DNA from: Paragordius varius
Lineage: Eukaryota; Animalia; Nematomorpha
Direction of reading: 5' to 3'
DNA: 64,000 nt
NCBI GenBank assembly: GCA_964247055.1
Contig: OZ176051.1
Span: 6,634,001 to 6,698,000, forward strand
The notes beneath the pieces are model-generated. The model was not told the DNA's origin, searched no databases, and saw only the letters and a program-made list of their open reading frames with translations. The position numbers and the translations under genes were made by a program. Position 1 is the stretch's first letter. The number at the start of each line of letters is the position of its first letter. Below are positions 1 through 31,909 of this stretch, one piece after another.

Positions 1-1978
1 TCTTTATTGAATTTTTACGGTCTCATACCTAGGGCGAAAAATCGATTTAGAAAATTATTTTTGTGGACTTTGTTTTTTGAAAAAGGTGGCATTTTACGGG
101 GGGAGCGGGTAAAAAGAGGGCCTAAATCAAAAAAGTGACTCGACTATGTTCGGCGCAATCGAAAATAAGTAAACAAAAATCATATTTGAAATTGAATGGT
201 CCAACACGTTCTCCAAAAAATTGACTTAACCCATTTTTCACACGGGGTGGGCCCGAACTGGGGACCTAATTCCAAAAAAGGGCGAAGCTATTGTCGGGGC
301 ATTCATTAATGATTAAATTTTTTCGATGTTTGGATTTGATTGGGTTCACCGGTTTTCCGGAAACAGATCACAAAGTTATATGAAAAATCAGTTTTTAGCG
401 GGTAGCTCCTTACCCAGCAGCTATCATCAAATAAACGGTAGACTAAATTTTTGCCTTTTAACAGGGAATACGTGGAATCTTTATTGAATTTTTACGGTCT
501 CATACCTAGGGCGAAAAATCGATTTAGAAAATTATTTTTGTGGACTTTGTTTTTTGAAAAAGGTGGCATTTTACGGGGGGAGCGGGTAAAAAGAGGGCCT
601 AAATCAAAAAAGTGACTCGACTATGTTCGGCGCAATCGAAAATAAGTAAACAAAAATTATATTTGAAATTGAATGGTCCAACACGTTCTCCGGAAAATTG
701 TCTCAAAAACACGATTTTGTGGACTTCTGTTTTCAAAAAAAACCCGTTTTTCATACGGGGTGGGCCCGAACTGGGGGCCTATTTCAAAAAAAGGGCTAAG
801 CTATTGTCGGGACATTTATTAATGATTATATTTTTTCGATATTTGGATTTGATTGGGTCTACCGGTTTTCCTGTACCAGATCACAAAGCCAGCATTTTCC
901 ATTTTTATAAATATATAGATGAGCATAAATAATGTATTAATATCCATATATCTTTTAACATGCTATACATATGATAGATACTGCTTACTCAGCAGCTATC
1001 ATCAAAGAAACGCTTGACTAAAATTTTTGCCTTTTAACAGGGAATACGTGGAATCTTTATTGAATTTTTACAGTCTCATACCGTGGACAAAAAAATACAA
1101 TCAAAAAAATATTTTTGTGGACTTTGTTTTTTTTTTGAAAAAAATGGCATTTTACGGGGGGAGCGGGTAAAAAGAGGGCCTAAATCAAAAAAGTGACTCG
1201 ACTATGTTCGGCGCAATCGAAAATAAGTAAACAAAAATCATATTTGAAATTGAATGGTCCAACACGTTCTCCAAAAAATTGACTTAACCCATTTTTCACA
1301 CGGGGTGGGCCCGAACTGGGGACCTAATTCCAAAAAAGGGCGAAGCTATTGTCGGGGCATTCATTAATGATTAAATTTTTTCGATGTTTGGATTTGATTG
1401 GGTTCACCGGTTTTCCGGAAACAGATCACAAAGTTATATGAAAAATCAGTTTTTAGCGGGTAGCTCCTTACCCAGCAGCTATCATCAAATAAACGGTAGA
1501 CTAAATTTTTGCCTTTTAACAGGGAATACGTGGAATCTTTATTGAATTTTTACGGTCTCATACCTAGGGCGAAAAATCGATTTAGAAAATTATTTTTGTG
1601 GACTTTGTTTTTTGAAAAAGGTGGCATTTTACGGGGGGAGCGGGTAAAAAGAGGGCCTAAATCAAAAAAGTGGCTCGGCTATGTTCGGCGCAATCGAAAA
1701 TAAGTAAACAAAAATTATATTTGAAATTGAATGGTCCAACACGTTCTCCGGAAAATTGTCTCAAAAACACGATTTTGTGGACTTCTGTTTTCAAAAAAAA
1801 CCCGTTTTTCATACGGGGTGGGCCCGAACTGGGGGCCTATTTCAAAAAAAGGGCGAAGCTATTGTCGGGACATTTATTAATGATTATATTTTTTCGATAT
1901 TTGGATTTGATTGGGTCTACCGGTTTTCCTGTACCAGATCACAAAGCCAGCATTTTCCATTTTTATAAATATATAGAT
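1..1978. repeat. Composite tandem array: alternating ~480-bp and ~576-bp related units (1058-bp higher-order period), truncated on the right and open at the window edge
   Basis: The unit start TCTTTATTGAATTTTTAC recurs at 1, 478, 1054 and 1536. Near-identical ORFs at 612..932 and 1670..1981 are offset by 1058 bp. Each unit has two diverged ~180-bp subrepeats (TTTTGTGGACTT...GGGCCTA..TCAAAAAA). Confidence 0.93.
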
Positions 1979-2812
1979 TAAATACCTGTAAACATAATTA
2001 ATAATACGCTTATACTTAATAATTGGCTATATGGTATATAATTTTGGTTCGCACATTTAAATAAATTATTTACGAATAGTAACATGTATGATTTAGATTT
2101 TTTAGAGTGGCATAACATAATCTACGGCGCCACGGTGCACCCATATAGGCTAAAAGAAACTAACTTTTCCTAGATTGGTAAAAAAAATATAATCGGTCAA
2201 ATATTAATATTTAATGATACTGCAAAAGGCTTTACAGCTATAAATATGCTTATTAATTATTAAAGTAAAAATAATTCATACCCACCAAATGCGTGTTTGA
2301 ACAATAAATAGTTCATTATAAACTGAAATATGATTTGGGCGGTACTTTACATAACTTAAAAAACTGTTTTTTTCGGTTCGGTTTTAGTTATCACACCGCA
2401 GTATTGACTGATTACACTTTATACTATTTATTTTATATAAATATTCCCTTGATGGCTGTACAATTTGCTGTTATTTGCCTGTACCTCTTCAAGCATCCAA
2501 CGTCCTTAATTTATGCTTAATGAGCGTTTATAAATCTCTGTGTAAAATCAAAGCGGATATCGTCAAAAAATATATTTATTGCCTTTATTAAATTATAAAT
2601 ACAAATTGCTTAATAAATTTGCGCTTTATATAACAATTTGACAGTAATGGTACGAGACTTTTGCCCGGCTAACCATAGTATCTTTAAGATTAAAATGATT
2701 AACTAAAAAAGTCTCCAATCTCTCTTGAAAAGAGCCGTTAAGACATGAAGAATTATTTTTAAATTTCGTACATATCAATTGTATTGTATACCTATTTCTT
2801 TTTTGTAAAAAG

Positions 2813-3410
2813 GGGATCCAATACATTCTAATTGATGGTCAAACAAGTGGTACAAATCGTAAAATTTTTTGTGACACTTTTCAAACCAACGGTGAGTGTA
2901 GCGTAGCATTATTATCCATAACGGCCGCTAATGCAGGCTTAAACCTTACGGCAGCTACCACTGTTATATTTGCCGAATTATTTTGGAATCCTGGCGTATT
3001 TTTATTAAAATAATTGACTCAATAAAATATTAGGTTCTAGTACAAGCGGAAGATCGGGCTTATCGTATAGGACAAGAAAAAAACGTTGTTATTGAATATC
3101 TGGTCGCACAAAAAACTGCAGATGATTTTATTTGGTATTTTCATTTTAAATAATTTTTTATTTAAAAATAATTATAATTTTTTTCATTATTTTATAGGCC
3201 AATAATTAAATCTAAATTAAAAATACTACAAAGTGCTGGATTATCAAAAGATAACTTCGACAATACTTCAAAAGAAAACGGAGCCGAGCAAGTTAATCCA
3301 TATATATATATATATATATATATTGATTATAGACTCAACAAAGAACTTTGATGGATTTTTGGACTGAAATGGAAGAAATAGATAATGAATTATTACAAAA
3401 TTTTATTTAG
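2813..3410 (+). CDS. SMARCAL1: SMARCAL1 (HARP) SNF2-family annealing helicase, last four exons (helicase C-terminal lobe)
   Basis: Exons 2813-2995, 3034-3134, 3198-3291 and 3333-3410 (GT-AG, in phase) translate [24 protein letters not shown]...[31 protein letters not shown]|[34 protein letters not shown]|[15 protein letters not shown]. This matches the SMARCAL1 signature LSITAAN.GL...[21 protein letters not shown]. Upstream exons were not found in the window. Confidence 0.9.
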
Positions 3411-3609
3411 TTATAAAATAAATTTTATTATATTATATTTCTCACGTGATACCATAAAACCAATAAAACAGTCGTAAATATTTATTTTTCGCATACTTAC
3501 ATATAACAAATTTTTCCCTCTTATGCCTCTTGCGAAACATAAAAGATACTATTTTAGAACCATTTGGCTTAAACCTAGTTTAACTGTTTTAACATCAGTT
3601 TACAACTAA

Positions 3610-6600
3610 ATGCAATCTGCTCCAAACATAAATTCAAATTTAAACATGAATGGTGAACCGTCTAAAAACAATGGTGGACTTTTAACAGAAAATATTAATC
3701 AATATCTTAATGATAGAGACAAAGATGTTAAGGTAAATAGTTTATTAATTTAAGGATAATGCTCAGGTTTTTAATCTTTCGGATTTTATTGCCTCTAAAA
3801 TTGAAAAATCTTTGCTTGAGGAAAATAAAATGAAAGTTGATAACGCTTCCCAGCAAATACAATTGAAGGATTCAAATGATAAGTAATTTTTTAAACTATA
3901 GAAGAAATTTAAAAGCTAAAGTAAATGCAAAAACAATTTTTCCTCTAGCTATATCAAGTGCCAAAAATCAACTGCCTCTAAAGTATTATTTATTATATTT
4001 ACAAATAGTTTGAGTTGTACGGAAAAAATTGATGAACTATCTATGAGTATGAGTCAAAATTATACAACGCCTAATAATTTGGGTCAAAGTAGCGAAAATC
4101 GAAGCTTTTTACCTGGTTCTATTTTGGTGAAAAATAATTTAAACTCTAATCAAACCAATCGAACCCCTGTTGTACCTGTCTCTGCCATGAAATTAAATGT
4201 ATTATCTTTTTTAAACCAAAATTCTCTTAACGCTAATCTTTCTAATGCCCGCATTCTCCCAATATCAAAGCTAAACACTACGCCGCTTAACTCCACATCT
4301 GTTGTTGTACCGAGCAATGCCTTAGTTCCGGTCTCTCCTCAAAACATCTATTTACGATCCCTGAGTGTTAACGTTTCATTACCCGTATCTTCGTTGCCGA
4401 CTAATACCACGGCTTCCATTCAACAGATAAATAGTATAAAAGATATTCATCAATTTATTTTACATCAGCAACAACAACATAATCATCAATATCGAAATAA
4501 TAATAATTTGCTGGCTACATCTTTGCATACTAATCTTACGCCACCATCAGGTTCAAAGCAATTTCCATTCCAATCTCAACAACACATGTTGAACAAACAA
4601 ATATCTTCGGTAGGGGCGGATTTATCGACCTCTCAACAAGCCGTTGCATCACACCTCATTAACAACATTATAAATGCATCATATAATGTAGTTGTTTCCG
4701 GCGCTCGTCATCCATCAATAGTTTTGGTTAACAATACTTCTGCCATGACAACTAATACGAGTCATCATCCTTTATTGTCACCATTTGTTGTCAATCAACA
4801 AGTAGGATATGGGTCACGAAACTTGCCATCTACATGCAATAATAATTATAATACATCCTCCAAAAATATAGTTTCATATTCACTCACATCTCCAGTTTGT
4901 ACGTTTCAAGTTGGTAGCACAAATTCCCTGTCTCAACAACAAACACCATTGAACATTAACAGTAATAGCAACACGTTTGGAACTAATTTGATTCTTAATC
5001 CTACAGCACAACCAAACACAAATATGTTGAACAATATTGGCGGATCGAACATTATGTTACACATTAATCAGCTTAAAGCATTGACTAGCAGTAACATAAC
5101 AACTACCATTTCTCCCACAAACAACACAAATTTGCAGTCATATATTTCACTGCATCAACAATCTAGATTAGGTGGTAGTACTGCATTAGTAGGGAGTTCA
5201 GTTATTACCCCGACCAATAAGTTATTGATCAATTTTGATGGGAGTATCATGGCTAATAATTTAACTCCCCTTAACAATAACAACAGCAAAGATAAGTATA
5301 ACACTCTACCCTTATCATTAGTTTCTGGGACATTGTCGTCTAGCTTTGTAGGAAATAAACCCAATTCTACAGGATCAAACTTTAATGTCGGAAGCGGTGC
5401 TTCCATACGACGTGTGTTTGTCCCCACACAAAAAGGCAACAATGTTGGCCCATTTTACGGACAAAATCAATTAAACCTGGGGGCTGTTTTGAATACCAAC
5501 AATCAAACTATAATTGCCGGTGGATTATCATTTACTCAACCATCTTGTCAGAGTTATAACAATTCCCTTACAGCATCAGATGTGATGGGCCAAAGTCTAA
5601 AAACAACATACCCAAAATTGAATCTTTACAACAACAATAATAATAATTATAATATTGGTATAATAAGCAGTTTCCAAAACATGCAATCTATCAACCAGAT
5701 ATCTGCTGCTAAACAACCTACCATCGTACATCACTCCAATTATGGGAGTCATAATATCAATGTTCTTAATCATATAAACTTAAATCATTCAAATGTTCCG
5801 CATAATTTTAAGTATCCTTTGCCGCTTACCCCTTCCTCATACACTCCAAATCTTAATAACAATCTCCTACCTACCACAAACATAATTTCATCCTTGATAA
5901 CAATTAACCCAAATCAACTGGTAAAAATTTCTCAGACCTCATCATCATCACATCAAGGAACATGCACCCCTTCTACTATCGGTACCAGTAACTCTATCAT
6001 AAAAGTTTTGAAAGCAGGTAACACCGCCACATACCCAACCACATCTAATACTGAATTGATTACCACAAATTTAAATACTTTAAACCATACTCAGACTTTT
6101 GAAGACACTCCCACTATATTAACAACAGAAGCGAGCAACGTTTTATCACCTCTTGCGACATCCTCGCTCATGCATTACAATCATCGGAAAAAACAACCAA
6201 GGAAACAAAATCTCAATTTGGCCACGAATAAACGCGCCTTGGATGACATGAATTTAGGGGAACAATCCCAAGTTAAACACCATCAAAGACACTTCAATAA
6301 TAATAATAATAGCAATTTAAGTGGTGAATCTCTACTAAATCGTGATACCACAAAAACTTACAATGAAAGAAGTCAAATTAATGCGTTAAAAACAGATTTG
6401 ACTGCTCGACCAGGTCACAAAACGTTTGTCAACAAAAATTTGAGTTCCAACAAATCAGTAGCCCATGACTCTGCACGCCATGCGCAAAGTAAAAGAAAAT
6501 GGGAAGATAATACCATTAATCCCTTGTTTACAACAACCAAAAAAGTAAAAAATGATTTAAAAACTCAAATGCAGGTAATGGAAGAATCGCTAACGTCTGA

Positions 6601-9194
6601 TGAAAGTGTCGCTGAGGAAAACGATAACAAACATTCGAATGAACAAGAACCTACACAATCTAGTCTTTTGGATTTTTATGGTATGTACAATTAATTTTTG
6701 ACATTTTCGTTGACATTGTTTATATATTAATAATTTTTTCAGGCAATTCGCCTTTGTATCATGTTGATGAAAATGGCATTAAATGGAAAGTCGTTAACGA
6801 TAATTTACCGCAACACACCACCCTAAATGCCACGAACGGTAATACAAGTCATTCTAATGTATCCTTAGGTCTATCTACCCGTAACAATAATTCCCAATCC
6901 TATCAAAATGGTATGTTTTTTTTCGGGTTGTTATAATATACGTAATTACAATAAAAACAAAGTTTGAATAGTTGAAATGAATCGTTAGATTCATATATGA
7001 ATTTTGTATTCTGAGCACAAATAAAGGGAAATAAACATACAAGAGGAAAATTAAAATAATTAATCTAGTGTTTTTTTTTCCTTTTTTATCAAATGGTAAG
7101 GACTTAAAATAAACTATAATTTGTTTTTTATAGATTCCACTAAACAATTTCGCCACCGACATTACAATGTCAATCTGCCTAACTTACATTTTCTTTCTCA
7201 TGAGGATGTTAAAAGTCGCACAGGACATCATCACACTTTAGGAGCTAATAGCTTATCTGCCATGTTTAAACCACCATCTTACATGCACTGTAGTAAAACA
7301 CAACCAAATAATAATAATCGGAACTTAAATTCCAATTCTAATCATACTACATCATATGGTGGATCGGTAACGAAAGATTTTAATAACATGGGAACTTCGT
7401 CATTTGATAAGGGGGCAACAAATAAAAATGTTAACAACGGTAATTTAAATTTTGTGAATCCGTCAAATTTACATGCCCTTGATACCATTTTGGCTGGGCT
7501 TGCCGGTTTAAGTACTAACGGACCCAGTTTATCAACAACATATAATAGCCTCCTTTGTAATTCGGATAACAAATTAACTAGTATGTTGGGGTCCAATGCA
7601 CATACTAACAGTATAAACAATAACACAACATCAAATGTAGGGAAAAAACGTTTTGGAGGTTTGTTTTACTCATAACTACACTACATTTAAAAAAACCAAA
7701 TTTCTTTATTGTATACATTATGATACTAATATATAGATATTAATCCATTGGATTCGTTGGGTGCGGGTAACTCACCCATGTCCCTATCCTGGAAGTTGAC
7801 ATACCTACTTGGCCAACTTGAACAAATGGTATATAATTTTGTTTTAACATCAAATATATTTACAGTATGCACATTTATGTTGGCCTGACAATAAAGTAGT
7901 ATAGTATAGTAAAAAACAACAAATGACTAAAGTTTACATTTTTTTTATTTTACTATATTAAATTTTATTTAATTATGGACACAACTTGTTTTATATCACA
8001 TGCGCTACTCTATTAACAGAATGGTCAAAAATAAAGTGAATATTGTATTTATATTTATAAAGATATATATTGTATAATTTTTACATATGTATAGCATGCT
8101 GTTAATCAATTGCAACAAAATTCACTGCGTGAATTGAAAGAATCATATTATTTAACTCTTAAAAAGCAGTTTTATTTGGTTACTGAATCATCTACCCTAA
8201 ATGGTATTAACCAAACTACTCGAATCGGAGCACCGATTACCCAAAATGATATCCCCAACTCTGATGACAATCTTGAAAATCAACTTCCTACATTTATTAT
8301 TCCAAAGCAATCTCATACCTTTAAATCGCTTGATAATATACCTTCCAGGTTTAAAGATAAGCCATTGACCGGACAACCAAGCACCTATCATCACAAATCG
8401 ACTCACAATAATAATGTTTTGATGGATAACATTCATCGGATATATAGGTTACCGGCCTATTTTAATCATCGACATTATCATACAACACCGGCTCCTTCTA
8501 TACCTATTCCACCAACCATAGTGAATAATGTCAATAGTAAGGATAGAAATTTTAGAAAAAAAGATAATGCAAACAATCAAAGTCATAGCGAAGAAACAAA
8601 TATAGCAGATAAACCGAATTTAAATCCGTTTGCGCTTGCAAATCAATCTGAATTAACAATATCCAGTGATTCTATGTGTAAAAATTTACAATCAAAACGT
8701 ACTTTATGCCATACTGATTATTCACCTGCGTCCAAATACTTTGAGTTAAATTATTTTAAATACTACGCCCAGAATGCTCATTCCAACAACGATCTTCAAT
8801 TTTTTGAAAAAATTTTGGTATGCTGCCATTTCTATTTTAACTATTTACGACATATTTAAACAGTTTTTAAAATATCATTTAGTTTTTTTTGCAATATTAC
8901 GCTTTCTTTATGCATAATTTTGATAGATATTAATTCATATAAATTACATATTTCTGTATTCTTACTTAGGCAAATTACCAAAGATCTCAATACCTGGTTC
9001 ATGATTTGCATGAGTGCATTAAACAACTCCAAGTTATAACAAATCATGAGCAAGGCATCCGTGATGTCATTCTCAATCTCTTTTATCTCACCCTTAACTC
9101 AACGTTCACCACAACTAATTCTCTCCCATCTTTTACGGCCAATCAGTTTGCAAACCATTTCACTAATATCTTAAAAAAGGGAACCAAAAGATAA
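3610..9194 (+). CDS. SAP130: SAP130-like (Sin3A-associated protein 130) with very long Asn/Ser/Thr-rich low-complexity regions
   Basis: ATG at 3610; exons ~3610-3732, 3767-3882, ~3949/4009-6680, 6743-6910, 7134-7659, ~7735-7828, 8096-8818 and 8971-9194. Motifs occur in SAP130 order: RKKQPRKQ (cf. RKKPRKQ), SSLLDFY, LHFLSHEDVKSR (cf. HHFQRYSDVRVK), LSWKLTYLLGQLEQM (cf. GWKVHLCAAQLLQL), and EKILANYQRSQYLVHDLHECIKQLQVITNHEQGIRDV (cf. ELIQGNMQRCKLVMDQISEARDSMLKVLDHKDRV). Recognised from memory. Confidence 0.68.
7863..8045. mobile_element. MITE family 1 copy (short) in a SAP130 intron
   Basis: Imperfect terminal inverted repeats TA|CAGTATGCACATTTATGTTGGCC ... GGTCAAAAATAAAGTGAATATTG|TA; shares the internal AAAAAACAACAAATG and CATGCGCTACT motifs with the other copies. 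Confidence 0.6.
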
Positions 9195-11029
9195 AAATAT
9201 GTATAGCCGTGTTTGTTAATTTAGTTTCAAGGGAAATTTTTTTAACCCTCCCCCATGGAGAAATTCCGTCCAAGGATGCATATGATATAGTTGACGTGTG
9301 GAATTAAGGATGTATTAAGCGGGGAAAACGAGGTTGTTTCATATATCCATGGTTATAAGAAACATTTTTTAACCGTTGACAGATGCATGAAGAGTTAGCC
9401 ATAATAGGCTATTTTATTGATGAAATAATTTTTATTTTATTTATAGCCTACATACACGTATATACAGTAATTTGTTTAAAGAATATTTTATAAGATTTAT
9501 AAATGTGGATATCTTAAATATAAATTTGTGGATAAAACATATTTATATCAATACATATATTGAATATAGAATAAATATTTATTTAAATACATACTTATAT
9601 TCTTGATACAGGTTAAATTTGTTTTAATATTGTTGATGCCCACTATATTTTACTTTGATTTATACTTTGCTTTGCGAGATGATGTGTTTAAAAATTTTAA
9701 AATATTGGCTATGATTATCGTTAGTTATTAAATTAGAAAATATTATATGTATTGGTTGAGCAATCTCGTATTTTTTTAAAATCGACATGCAAACGCCATT
9801 TTCAGGATTTTGTCTATATTACCTAATGTAGAAGGAAACGCGATTTTCTAATTTCGGCCAAATATGGCGATAACTTTTTAAGATTTAGACAAAATAATTT
9901 AAAATTGTTTTTATGTATCTGTATATGGTTCGCTTATTTTAAGCGTTGTTCCAGAATTTAAAGTTTTTTCGCTCAAAATTTAATATTCCAGACATCCAAA
10001 AAATTGCCCAAGATAGTCATTTGCCGCCCTTTTTTCATATTTACAAACCTTAGAATCAGTTAGGGATACAAATAACCGCAATTTGAGGATAGATATGCCA
10101 GGTATTCTTGTAGACGCTTAATTTTTATTATGTTGATTTAAAAACAAGCTCAAAACATTATCTATTGACAAAGTTCATATATGATTTAATGTTATATAGA
10201 ACATTGTTAGCAGCTCAGAATCAGTTTTATTTTTTTTATAAGCCATGTCAATCTAACCATTATATTTCAATCTAGAGCATCCAGATTAGAATATGCACAT
10301 TGAATGTGCCAATTTATCAATAAAACAGGTCATCAAATTTATCACCAATCGTTTTTTATTTGCATATTATAAAATATAAAAGGGCTAAGGTTCGGTAATA
10401 TGCAATAAGTTGAATTGGTAAATTTTGAAATAAGTCTGTATTAAGAGTTCTGTTCAAAAGACATTAAACAACTAAAAATCTTAAAATATCTGTGTAATGA
10501 AAGATTTAAACAGCTTTAAATTTGGATTGAAATAAGATTTAACACAAAAATTTCTATAAGTGCATATTTTTAACCCTTTGTTGATCACTAAAAAATAGTG
10601 GGATAAAATTTAATGAAATAAATATAATGATCTCTACTGTTGTTAGCTTTTATAGAATAAATGATCATTTATAAATTGGTCCCAAGAAACAAGTTACAGG
10701 TATTTTCCTTATATAAATTCTAGTGTGTTGGTATTCTATAGTTTTTGTTATTTTATGAGTAATAGCTAGAAAGTTAATAATTATTGCCAAATAGTAAATA
10801 CAACAAAGGAAAGTTATATTGAGTAATAATAGCAAAAAGCGAAAATAATAACTATAAGCAAATAATACTGCCCTTTGTTGTATTCATTTAGAAATAATAA
10901 CTTTCTAGCAAGGTATATTTATTCATACAATATTTAGAAAATTTCATACAAAATAAAGATTTATTGATTGGCTATAAATGCATGAATATAAATTGCACTT
11001 TACATATTTAAATGCTTCACATAAATAAA

Positions 11030-28840
<17,811 letters not shown>

Positions 28841-30234
28841 CTAATATAGAAAAAATGTAAACCATTTGAAATTAGGGATAAATTTGATGATTTTTTTGTA
28901 ATATTTAGTTCATGATGAAATTTTAAAAGATCAAAAAATAAATCAAAATTATCATGCATAAATTTGAATTTAAATTACATGTGTTTAGATGTAAACGTTT
29001 GGATAATATGATTGAAATAAAAAAAAATAATATTTGAGAACTTGATTATTCAACTTATTTATCAGATTTAATCACAAATACTTCCGTGTGCAAATATAAT
29101 TTTTCGGGATATAATCTAAAGTTAGATTTAATCATTTAATTTTATATTTATCAAGTTTTTTGTCCAAATATTAAAAGTATTTTAAATTATTTTTTTAACC
29201 AATAATATCATTAACCATGTAGCAATTTGTCAATTCCTCAATGTAGAATTTTTGTTGCCTTTTTTACGGTCAGTAAAAATATTTTGAGCGTTGCGCTAAT
29301 TATTATATAACAAAAAATGTGAGCTATACTAAATTTTTAATAATATTTAAACCCAAAATATTAAAATATATTTGTAAATTCAATATAAAAAGTGAAATAT
29401 TTTTTGTAGATGTTGGCTAAAAAAGAAGGCCGGATTGCTCAATAATGATTTTAAAAATATAGATCATGAGATCAAAAATTTTAAAATGCATACTATGTTA
29501 AAAATTAATTTTTTAATAAAATTATGAAGCGCATATTATGGTATATACGCTATGATCAAAACTGTAGGAAAATAAAAGTCATAAAAAGATTTTACATTTA
29601 ATTTAACGATAAACTGGTAATAAACTTAATTTACACTTCATTATTTTTTGGGGTTTTTATACCGATTCGAATTTCGAATATGGTTTTAAGTCTTTGAGAT
29701 ATCTAGGGGAATTTAAAAATATGCTTTATTTAGCCTTTTAGGCAGATTATACAAAAAAATATTTTTTTGAAAAATGTAAAATTTGAAAAAAATCTCATCT
29801 CAAACTTTTCGCCGCCATTTTTTAAATTTGTTGATGTCGAATACACCTTGCAAATCAATAGAAAATTTAAATAAGAATAAAATGCTTTTAGGCTGCATTT
29901 AAGCAGCAAAAACTTGATATATTGATATAATTATCAGCCGTTTGCATCTATCGCATTTTTAAAATGTCCCAATTTTAGACTCCAGAAGTCACAAAATTCT
30001 ATAAAATATAAATTTTTATATTTTCATGAGAAAAATGCTTTAGAATAAATTTTTAAACAAACTTTCAAACGATAGTTTATCTACGAAAATGTGCCCTGGC
30101 TTAAAAACACCTTAAACTGTTAACAATGTAAAAAGGAAAAGGTCACGAAGTGTTAAAAGGTTTGCATTATTTTCAAAGCATGTATATGGGTGAAAATGAT
30201 AAAATTTTTACGTTTTTGCTTAACACTTGGATAC

Positions 30235-31280
30235 AACACACTCATTTTAGTCCTTCGATTCAAATTGGGGTAGCTGGATACCACAGTGTTTAAAATCAAA
30301 TATTTTAAAAAGTATGGAAGCAATCGAAACCATGGCAAAATTTTGCATTTATATAACATTAATAAACCGAAATATATAAAAAATTTTATTCAAAAATACT
30401 TGATATTACCTTTTTTGAGCTAAAACTGAAAGGTAAAAATTTAGTCAACGTGACATGTGTCAAATTGGAAAATTGGAAAATAATACAAAATAAACCCCAT
30501 TTCTATTTCTATCAATGATAGATGTAATTTATATGAAAAATTAGCTACACTTTTACCCTCAAAATTGAATAAAGACGATATTTTGCAAAATTTTTATAAA
30601 TAAAAATGGCGTCGTAGTAGTTTGAGATGGAACTTTTTCTTCAAAACAAAATTTTAAGATACTTTGGCATATTTATATAATATTTATCATAGAAGAATAA
30701 ATATAAATTGGGACCGTTTCCAGTAATTTTTTAAAAATTTTAATTTAATTTTAGTCTGGGGTATTTAAATACCCCAATTTGAATCGAAGTTTTAGTGCCA
30801 TTGCAACACATTTCAGTCCATCGATTCGATTTGGGGACGTTCGATACCTCGGTCTACTTTAATATTAAATGTTACAAAAAACATGGAATAAATTTAAACC
30901 ATGGCAAAAGTTTAATGATCCGTAATAGAAAAATATTAAGAAATTATTGATATAATTAAGAACTAAATCCCAAAGGTAAAATGTAGCCAATATGACATTT
31001 GTGCATAGCTAGATCGAAAATAATGTAAAATACACATTTTCCGTTCATATAAATGTTAATGTAATTTAAATAAAAATTACACTTAATTAGCCTTAGAATC
31101 AAATATATATATGTTTTGCCAAAAGTTGTTAAATAATAGCGTCGAAGTACGTTGTTTTTTCCAAAATTAGGATAGAATCATTAACTTAAATTAAAGACGT
31201 TTCTTTAGTGGTTTTCTACTATCAACTTAAATATTTTTTGGTGTATTTAGATAACCCAATTTGAATCAAAGTGTTAGTAA
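30235..31280. mobile_element. Two diverged tandem copies of a ~550-bp inverted-repeat-flanked element between the MRCK and TTC14 5' ends
   Basis: TTCGATTCAAATTGGGG (~30255) and TCGATTCGATTTGGGG (~30822) are each paired with an inverted CCCCAATTTGAATCGAA (~30772) or CCCAATTTGAATCAAA (~31255). Shared interiors include AAACCATGGCAAAA, AAGGTAAAA and GCGTCG.AGTA. Confidence 0.5.
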
Positions 31281-31909
31281 TATTTTACAGTTTCTTGCCA
31301 CTATTCTATATAAATTTTACTAGCTTTTTTACTCATTTATAGCGGAAATGTTAAAGGCATTTTTGTAGCAAAAAAAATTAGATTAAAATATTTGCTTTTT
31401 TAACACCGTTTTTTTATTTAATTTTACTATTTTTGGTGCCTACAATCATAGAGTGCATATTTTAAACTTGATACATAATTGGTCATAAATTCGAATTTAA
31501 TTCCTAAATAGAAAATAAAGCATTACTTTCCCATTTAATCTACAAAATTTTAATGCAACCTTGGCAGAACTCAGGATTAAAACCGAAAATCGCAACCTAT
31601 GGAAAAATTTTTATTATTGCAAAACGACTTCGACTGCAATACACACACAAATATTCAGATTTTCACTTTCTAAACCTTTTTTCCCCAAAGCCACTTTAAG
31701 ACATTTAAACATAGTTAAATTACTAATAATATTAATTTATTATAAAATAATTAATTTTTGAAATTAGAATGATGATGATTATCCTGATTTTGTAATGAGA
31801 ATTTTACTCAAAATAAATCATGAAAAATTATATCGGAATATTAGAATATTCAAGATAATGATAAAAAAAAGATATAACATAAAATAAAATTTCTATATTT
31901 TATTTTTAG

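Noticed and set aside
612-1981. ORFs 612..932, 1509..1703, 1670..1981 and 1756..1968 as genes
   Set aside because: They lie wholly in the tandem array, and sister units carry indels that break the frames.
3983-4008. Apparent 26-nt intron in SAP130
   Set aside because: Removing it breaks the frame set by the upstream exons. Either read-through from 3949 or a single intron 3883-4008 keeps the frame, so it is not needed.
5155-8436. Minus-strand ORFs 5155..5442, 7342..7626 and 8197..8436
   Set aside because: Antisense shadows of SAP130-like exons.
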